Positions 58,511 to 64,000 of a DNA stretch of 64,000 nt are shown one piece after another. Each line of letters begins with the position of its first letter. Positions within the stretch are counted from its first letter, which is position 1. Position numbers and translations under genes: made by a program. The notes beneath the pieces were generated by a model. That model was not told the origin of the DNA and did not search any database. It worked only from the letters and a program-made list of their open reading frames with translations. This DNA comes from Collinsella sp. (GTDB lineage: Bacteria; Actinomycetota; Coriobacteriia; Coriobacteriales; Coriobacteriaceae): contig JAXJCG010000008.1 in NCBI GenBank assembly GCA_036302525.1, positions 106,822 through 170,821 of the forward strand, read 5' to 3'.

Positions 58511-58721
58511 GGATGCTCCTTACGAGTCAGTTGCAGCTATGGTACAACGAGCAGCCCCATCCGCGCGAGCACATCGCCCAGCGATGCCGTCAACGGCCCA
58601 AATCACTCCAAAAGTAGAGATTGAGGCGTGTCCCAAAAATCTGCGGCGCTTTAGCCTAGCAAAGTGACAGCAGGAAGCTACAATGGTTCGACGCGAAAAA
58701 CTCGGCCGGAAGGATACTCAT

Positions 58722-59699
58722 ATGTACCAGACGCGTAAAATCGGTGTGGTCGGCCAGGGCCACGTAGGAGCACATGTCGCCAACAGCCTGCTCATGCAGG
58801 GCATTGCCGATGAGCTGTACCTGTGCGATATCAACGAGGCCAAGGTGACGTCCGAGGTCCAGGACCTGCGCGACTCCCTTTCGTTTGTCCCGTACAACAC
58901 CAAGATCGTCAACTGCTACGACCACTACGAGGAGCTGGCCTGCTGCGACGTCATCGTCAACGCCGCCGGTAAGGTCGCGCTGGCCGCTGGCAACCGCGAC
59001 GGCGAGCTGTTCTTTACCACCGACGCCGCCCGCTCCTTTGCCAAGCGCATCGTCGACGCCGGCTTCGACGGCATCTTCGTGAGCATCTCCAACCCCTGCG
59101 ACGTCGTGTGCACCGAGCTGTGGCACCTGACCGGCTACGATCCCAAGAAGATCATCGGCTCGGGCTGCGGCCTGGACTCCGCCCGCCTGCGCACCGAGAT
59201 CTCCAAGAAGGTCGGCGTGAGCCCCAAGTCCATCGACGCCTTCATGATCGGCGAGCACGGCTTTAGCCAGCTGGCCGCCTTTAAGGCCGCGACCATCGCC
59301 GGCAAGAGCCTCAACGAGCTCCAGGCCGAGAACCCCGACAAGTACGCCTTCGACCACATGGAGATCGAGGAACTCGCGCGCAAGGGCGGCTATGTGACCT
59401 ACGCCGGCAAGCAGTGCACCGAGTATGCCGTCGCCAACTCCGCTGCACGCGTCTGCGCCGCCGTGCTGCACAACGAGCACGCCGTGCTTTCCGCCTCCAC
59501 GCTCATGACCGGCCAATATGGTGAGGAGGGCATCTTTACCTCCCTGCCGTGCGTGATCGGTGCCGAGGGCGTCGAGGAGGTTTACACACTGGACCTGTCC
59601 GAGCACGAGCTCGAGGGCTTCCACAAGAGCTGCCAGCACATCCGCGACAACATCGCCCAGCTCGACTGGTGGGACGCCGAGGCATACGACGCGAAGTAG
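58722..59699 (+). CDS. ldh: L-lactate dehydrogenase family (L-2-hydroxyacid dehydrogenase)
   Basis: KIGVVGQGHVGA Rossmann motif, ISNPCDV, LDSARLR, IGEHGFSQ. Start at M14 with GGAAGGA upstream. Confidence 0.85.
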   Translation: MYQTRKIGVVGQGHVGAHVANSLLMQGIADELYLCDINEAKVTSEVQDLRDSLSFVPYNTKIVNCYDHYEELACCDVIVNAAGKVALAAGNRDGELFFTTDAARSFAKRIVDAGFDGIFVSISNPCDVVCTELWHLTGYDPKKIIGSGCGLDSARLRTEISKKVGVSPKSIDAFMIGEHGFSQLAAFKAATIAGKSLNELQAENPDKYAFDHMEIEELARKGGYVTYAGKQCTEYAVANSAARVCAAVLHNEHAVLSASTLMTGQYGEEGIFTSLPCVIGAEGVEEVYTLDLSEHELEGFHKSCQHIRDNIAQLDWWDAEAYDAK

Positions 59700-59741
59700 G
59701 CCGTTGGCTGCCACAACCTTGCGAATCTAAGCGCGATACTA

Positions 59742-59782
59742 AGCGGGCCGTGCCGGAAATCCCCGGCGCGGCCCGCTTTTTT
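59742..59782 (+). terminator. rho-independent terminator of ldh
   Basis: AGCGGGCCGTGCCGG-AAATCC-CCGGCGCGGCCCGCT followed by TTTTTTG. Confidence 0.8.
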
Positions 59783-59806
59783 GACTCACACAGTGCCCTC
59801 GCGAAT

Positions 59807-59988
59807 CGAAGGTGAATACTTTTCCGCGAAGTGAACGAGCAAAAACGAGCCCCCGAAGCATCGACACTTTTCAGACGCTGTTTCCTGCGGTTTCGCTGAG
59901 TTTTTCCTGCAGTTTTGGCGTCAAAAAGTGTGGATGCTTCGGGGGTCCAAAATAGGTCGTTCACTTCGCGGAAAAGTATTCACCTTCG
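59807..59988. repeat. 182-bp nested palindrome (MITE-like / long hairpin)
   Basis: Outer arms of 32 nt are perfect (59807-59838 vs 59957-59988). Inner arms of ~22 nt have one mismatch (59850-59871 vs 59924-59945). Confidence 0.8.
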
Positions 59989-60079
59989 TTTTTCGCGCAG
60001 ACACGGATCCGGCCGCCGCAACGCAAAACGGGGCCCGCGCGCAGCGCAGACCCCGTCGTGAGAGGTTATTCCCGGAATA

Positions 60080-61048
60080 TTAGTACTGCTCGATGCCCAT
60101 GTAGCGACGAACCTCGGGGCTGTGATCGAACACCTTGCCGCGTGCGGCGCGCAGCTCGCAGCTCATGTTGTAGAAGAAGATCGGCTCCAGGTACGAACGC
60201 ACGCTGGCAGGCACCTCGCCCACGCCGTACTCGAGCGCGTCGAGCACCATGATCGTGTCGGTGTGCGTGTTGAGGAACGCAAGAGCGCGCTCCTCCATGG
60301 GGCGGCACTCGCCCGATCCGAGCTGCACAAAGTAGAATACGCCGGGCTCGGTGGCTTCGAACGGGCCATGGAAGTACTCGCCGGAGTGGATGTAGCAGCA
60401 GTGCTGCCACTGCATCTCCATGAGCGAGCAGATGGCCATAGCGTAGGTCTGGCTAAAGTTGGGGCCGGAGCCCAGGATATAGAAGAACTTGTGCTGCTGG
60501 CAGAGCCCGGCAAAGCGGGCGCCCAGCTCGGCGTTGACCTTCTCACGGGCGGCGGGCAGCAGCGCATCCATCTGCTTGAGGCCCTCATACATGTCGGCGA
60601 GTGCCTCGTAGCCTTCCTGCTGGTCGAGCAACTCGGCGGCGATCAGAGCGCCGATGCCCTGCGGCACCTCAGCCTGCGACACACCCTCACCCCACGGATA
60701 GACCCAGGTAGTCCACTTGCCGTTGTCGATCTTTGAGCCCTCGCAGTCGGTGAGGGCAACGACTTCGGCACCGGCGGCCAGCGCCATCTCGCAGCCGTCA
60801 ACGACCTCTTGCGTGTTGCCGCTGTGGCTGCAGGCGATGACGAGCGACTTCTCGCCAAGACTCTTGGGAGCCATCAGGCAAAACTCGCGCGCCGTGTAGA
60901 CCGTCGAGGTAAACGTGGTGGCCTCACGCTTGAGCAGTTCGTTGGCCGGCATCAGGTCGATCATCGAACCGCCACAAGCGATCCAAAAGACATTCTCGAT
61001 CTTGCCCTTGCGCTCGATGATTTCCTGAACCAGATCATGTGCGTTCAT
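60080..61048 (-). CDS. SIS-domain sugar-phosphate isomerase/deglycase-like protein (FrlB/AgaS-like)
   Basis: Two SIS halves. VFWIACGGS and VIACSHSGNTQE motifs. AAGGAGGAG SD. Confidence 0.7.
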   Translation of the reverse strand: MNAHDLVQEIIERKGKIENVFWIACGGSMIDLMPANELLKREATTFTSTVYTAREFCLMAPKSLGEKSLVIACSHSGNTQEVVDGCEMALAAGAEVVALTDCEGSKIDNGKWTTWVYPWGEGVSQAEVPQGIGALIAAELLDQQEGYEALADMYEGLKQMDALLPAAREKVNAELGARFAGLCQQHKFFYILGSGPNFSQTYAMAICSLMEMQWQHCCYIHSGEYFHGPFEATEPGVFYFVQLGSGECRPMEERALAFLNTHTDTIMVLDALEYGVGEVPASVRSYLEPIFFYNMSCELRAARGKVFDHSPEVRRYMGIEQY

Positions 61049-61104
61049 GCTGATGCTCCTCCTTGTGGGGCGGCTTTGAACGACGACAGCTCGTACCTGC
61101 TGTC

Positions 61105-61183
61105 GTTCTATGTTGTCCTATTTATAGCACGTGTAACAACGCCCGTGAAGTCATCTCTGCAAATTTGTTCTATGTTGTCCTAT
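61105..61183. promoter_or_regulatory. pair of 17-nt direct repeats (GTTCTATGTTGTCCTAT): candidate GntR operator
   Basis: Exact copies at 61105-61121 and 61167-61183, between the GntR gene stop and the SIS gene start. Confidence 0.4.
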
Positions 61184-61192
61184 CTGTGGACG

Positions 61193-61948
61193 TTAGATGT
61201 CGAAGACGTAGCGCGAGCCCACGATCTTTTGGCGGCCGAGCAGTAGAGGGCGCCCGCCGGCGTCGGTAAAGTAGGCCTCCATATAGAAGAGAGGCTCGCC
61301 GACCGGCACCTCCAGCAGCGGGGCCGTCTGAGTATCGGCAAGCGCAATCTCCACGGTGCAGGGGTCGGACTTGAGCGGCGCGCGACCCGAATGCTCGGCA
61401 ACGAGCGCAAAGATTGAGTTATCGGTGAGGTCCTCGTCGGCCAGCGTCTGCAGGTAGGGATGGTCGGCGAGCACAAAGGCGTTGTTCTCGAGCATGACGG
61501 GGATGCCATCGGCCGTGCGCACGCGCTCGACCACGATAAGCTCGCAGCCGGGCTCCACGCCAAAGAACGCCGCATCCTCGTGAGTCGCCGCGACCACCGT
61601 GCGCGACACCAGACGCGCACCCGGCACCATGTCGTTGGCAGCACAACCCTCAGTAAAGCTCTGGACGTCACCTTTCTGGCGAATCTTGCGCTTGAGCTTG
61701 GGGGCGCACACAAACGTGCCCCTCCCCTGCTGGCGGTTGAGATACCCCGCGCGCGACAGCTCCTCGATGGCACGGCGCACGGTGATGCGCCCCACGCCGT
61801 AGGACTTCGCGAGCTCCATCTCGGCAGGGATGCGCGAGCCGGCGGGGTACACGCCGCGCGCGATCTCGCCCTTTAGGTCGTCCATGACCTGCTGGTACAG
61901 CGGCACGGCGGGCACGTCAGTGCGGTCGGTTTTATCGTCGAATGCCAT
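61193..61948 (-). CDS. GntR-family (HutC/FarR subfamily, UTRA C-domain) transcriptional regulator
   Basis: wHTH segment LPAEMELAKSYGVGRITVRRAIEELSRAGYLNRQQGRGTFV. Confidence 0.85.
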   Translation of the reverse strand: MAFDDKTDRTDVPAVPLYQQVMDDLKGEIARGVYPAGSRIPAEMELAKSYGVGRITVRRAIEELSRAGYLNRQQGRGTFVCAPKLKRKIRQKGDVQSFTEGCAANDMVPGARLVSRTVVAATHEDAAFFGVEPGCELIVVERVRTADGIPVMLENNAFVLADHPYLQTLADEDLTDNSIFALVAEHSGRAPLKSDPCTVEIALADTQTAPLLEVPVGEPLFYMEAYFTDAGGRPLLLGRQKIVGSRYVFDI

Positions 61949-61950
61949 CG

Positions 61951-63927
61951 TTACACTCCATCCCGCGCATGCTCGGACTCAAATTCTTCAATCGCCGCCA
62001 TAAACTGCTCGCCAAAGGCGTCGGCTTTTTTCTCGCCAATGCCGTTGACCTGGATCAGCTCCTCGCGCGTCTGCGGACGCAGGCGGCACAGGCCGCGCAG
62101 GGCCTTGTCGGAAAAGACCATATACGGCGCCATCTCCAGCTCGGTCGAGATCTCCTTGCGGAGGGCACGCAGGCGCTCGAACAGCTCGGCATCGTCGCCA
62201 ACGCGCGGGCGCTGATCCAGCTCGGCCTCCTCGCGCAGCAGATCGACGGCGCGGCGGGCGCGGGCCGAGGCCTTGCGCTTGGACGCACGACGCTTAACGG
62301 TAAAGGCGAACGCCTCATCCTCGACCTCGACGGCACGCGGACCCAGCCCCACGACCGGGTACTGCCCCTGCGAGGTGGCCAAATAACCGCGACCGCACAG
62401 CTGGCCGATGATGTCCTTGATGCGCCCGACCGATTCGCTCGACAGCTCACCGTAGCCGCGCTCCTCGTCCAGATGCATCTGGCGAATGCGCTCGGTGTTG
62501 CCGCCGTGGAGCACGTCGGCGATCAGCGACTTGCCAAAGCGCATGGGACGCGTGGCCACATAGCGCACGGCGGCGCGGGCCATATCGGTGACGTCCTCGA
62601 CCTCGAACTGCGTGAGACAGTTGCTGCAGTTGCCGCAGCCCTCGGCGTCGTCTGCCGTGCCGCCCGCGGCGGCTGCCGCATGCTCGGCCGCCGCCTCGTC
62701 GCCAAAGTAGCGCAGCATGTATTCGCGCAGACAGCCAGTGGTATTGCAGTAGCCCTCCATCTGGCTGAGCAGGCGATAACGGTTCTGGAGCGCCCACGCG
62801 CGCTGCTCGTCGTCGAGCGCCTCGTCGGCAGCATCGCCGCGGTCGATCAGAAAGCGGCGCATGCGAAAATCGTTACCGTTCCACAGCAAGTGGCAGCTGG
62901 CCGGGTCGCCGTCGCGGCCAGCGCGGCCAGCCTCCTGGTAGTAGGCCTCGATACTCTCGGGCACGTTGTTGTGAATCACGTAGCGCACGTTGGGTTTGTC
63001 GATGCCCATGCCAAAGGCGTTGGTGGCAACCATCACCTGGATATCGTCGTCGATAAAGGCGCGCTGGCTTTGGCGGCGGGCGTCGTTGCCCATGCCGGCA
63101 TGGTAACGGCCAACGCGAATGCCACTGGGGCCCAGCGCCTCGGCAAGCTCACCTGCCAGCGCATCGACGGTCTTGCGGGTCGAGCAATACACGATGCCGC
63201 TCTCGCCCGAATGCGCGATCACATAGTCGCGCACCCAGGCGGTCTTGGCTTTGTCGCCCATCTCCTCGCAGCCAAAGTAGAGGTTCTTGCGATCGAAGCC
63301 CGTCACCACCGTCGCGGGGTTTTGCAGGCCGAGCATCTGCTGGATGTCCGCACGCACGCGCTCGGTTGCCGTAGCGGTAAAGGCCGCCACAATGGGACGC
63401 TGCGGAAGCGATTCGATGAACTCGCGAATCTGCAGGTAGGCGAGGCGAAAATCCTGGCCCCATTGGCTCACGCAGTGCGCCTCGTCAATGGCCACGAGCG
63501 GCACGCCGATGCCGCCGTCGGCCGCGGCCTCCTGTGCAAAGGCTAAAAAGCGTGGCTCGAGCAGGCGCTCGGGCGCCACGTACATAAGCTGGTAGCGGCC
63601 CTCGCGCGCCCGCTTGAGCACGGTGTTTTGCTGGGCCGGGGTAAGGCTGGAGTTGAGATAGCTAGGTCGCGCACCCGCCGCGAGCAACGCACGGGTCTGG
63701 TCCTCCATAAGCGACAGCAGCGGACTCACCACAAAGGTGATGCCGGGCAGCATGAGCGCGGGCACCTGGTAGCAAATGGACTTGCCGGCGCCCGTGGGCA
63801 TAACACCCAGCGCATCGCGGCCTGCAAGAATCGCATCCACCATGCGGTCCTGCCCCGGGCGAAACGAGGTGTAGCCAAAATAGGCGCCGAGCGTGTCGAG
63901 CGCCATCTGCTGCATGCTATCGGTCAT
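61951..63927 (-). CDS. recQ: ATP-dependent DNA helicase RecQ
   Basis: FRPGQ, MPTGAGKS (motif I), DEAHCVSQWGQDFR (DEAH), RQC zinc Cys cluster, C-terminal HRDC-like region. Confidence 0.93.
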   Translation of the reverse strand: MTDSMQQMALDTLGAYFGYTSFRPGQDRMVDAILAGRDALGVMPTGAGKSICYQVPALMLPGITFVVSPLLSLMEDQTRALLAAGARPSYLNSSLTPAQQNTVLKRAREGRYQLMYVAPERLLEPRFLAFAQEAAADGGIGVPLVAIDEAHCVSQWGQDFRLAYLQIREFIESLPQRPIVAAFTATATERVRADIQQMLGLQNPATVVTGFDRKNLYFGCEEMGDKAKTAWVRDYVIAHSGESGIVYCSTRKTVDALAGELAEALGPSGIRVGRYHAGMGNDARRQSQRAFIDDDIQVMVATNAFGMGIDKPNVRYVIHNNVPESIEAYYQEAGRAGRDGDPASCHLLWNGNDFRMRRFLIDRGDAADEALDDEQRAWALQNRYRLLSQMEGYCNTTGCLREYMLRYFGDEAAAEHAAAAAGGTADDAEGCGNCSNCLTQFEVEDVTDMARAAVRYVATRPMRFGKSLIADVLHGGNTERIRQMHLDEERGYGELSSESVGRIKDIIGQLCGRGYLATSQGQYPVVGLGPRAVEVEDEAFAFTVKRRASKRKASARARRAVDLLREEAELDQRPRVGDDAELFERLRALRKEISTELEMAPYMVFSDKALRGLCRLRPQTREELIQVNGIGEKKADAFGEQFMAAIEEFESEHARDGV

Positions 63928-64000
63928 GGTTTCCTAACGTCCAAGTCATCTGCCGCCGATTATACGCCGCCACGCGGACCGGTGCCGCACGGCCGTCGGC

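Noticed and set aside
58511-58721. SAM riboswitch upstream of metA
   Set aside because: I could not find SAM-I or SAM-IV-like conserved segments in the minus-strand leader. The region is probably just a divergent metA/ldh promoter.
58656-59714. 352-aa ORF on the minus strand
   Set aside because: It is antisense to ldh.
61942-63546. 534-aa ORF on the plus strand
   Set aside because: It is antisense to recQ.

Overview
This is a 64-kb high-GC bacterial chromosomal segment. Hand counts on a few 60-nt lines of housekeeping genes give about 57-68% G+C. Gene content is Gram-positive in type: a T-box leader on pheST, a Tad/Flp pilus locus without a secretin, and an ECF-type CbiMQO transporter. Actinomycetota, possibly Coriobacteriia, is only a guess. 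I call about 50 protein genes, mostly on the minus strand, and 7 tRNA genes. The backbone covers translation and ribosome maintenance (serS, metG, pheST, rsmA, rsmI, rlmH, rsgA), metabolism (pyk, ldh, glmM, proC, metA, MTHFS), envelope (S11 carboxypeptidase, DUF4012, SPFH), transport (P-type ATPase, CbiMQO, EamA) and recQ. Four zones stand out. (1) At 4.26-5.50 kb there are three identical, separately promoted tRNA-Arg(ACG) genes. Each is followed by an ORF-less, strongly structured ~190-nt module that ends in a duplicate of the last 20 nt of the tRNA plus the same terminator. (2) At 17.0-26.6 kb there is a 12-gene Tad/Flp pilus locus. Four of its proteins share an AQxT(T/V)E leader motif, and no prepilin peptidase is present in the window. 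(3) At 48.1-53.7 kb an accessory island without an integrase abuts tRNA-Val. It holds an AT-rich AIPR abortive-infection gene bracketed by 25-bp direct repeats inside paralogous hairpins, three orphan genes (DUF5710/zinc-ribbon, small zinc-ribbon, unknown), a nonsense-interrupted gene, and two ~70-bp iteron-like TATCTCTC modules. (4) Several intergenic palindromic elements occur: a 3-copy REP-like hairpin and two MITE-like inverted-repeat elements of 219 bp and 182 bp. I recognised no rRNA, CRISPR array, transposase or integrase. Many long ORFs in the track are antisense shadows typical of high-GC DNA and were rejected.
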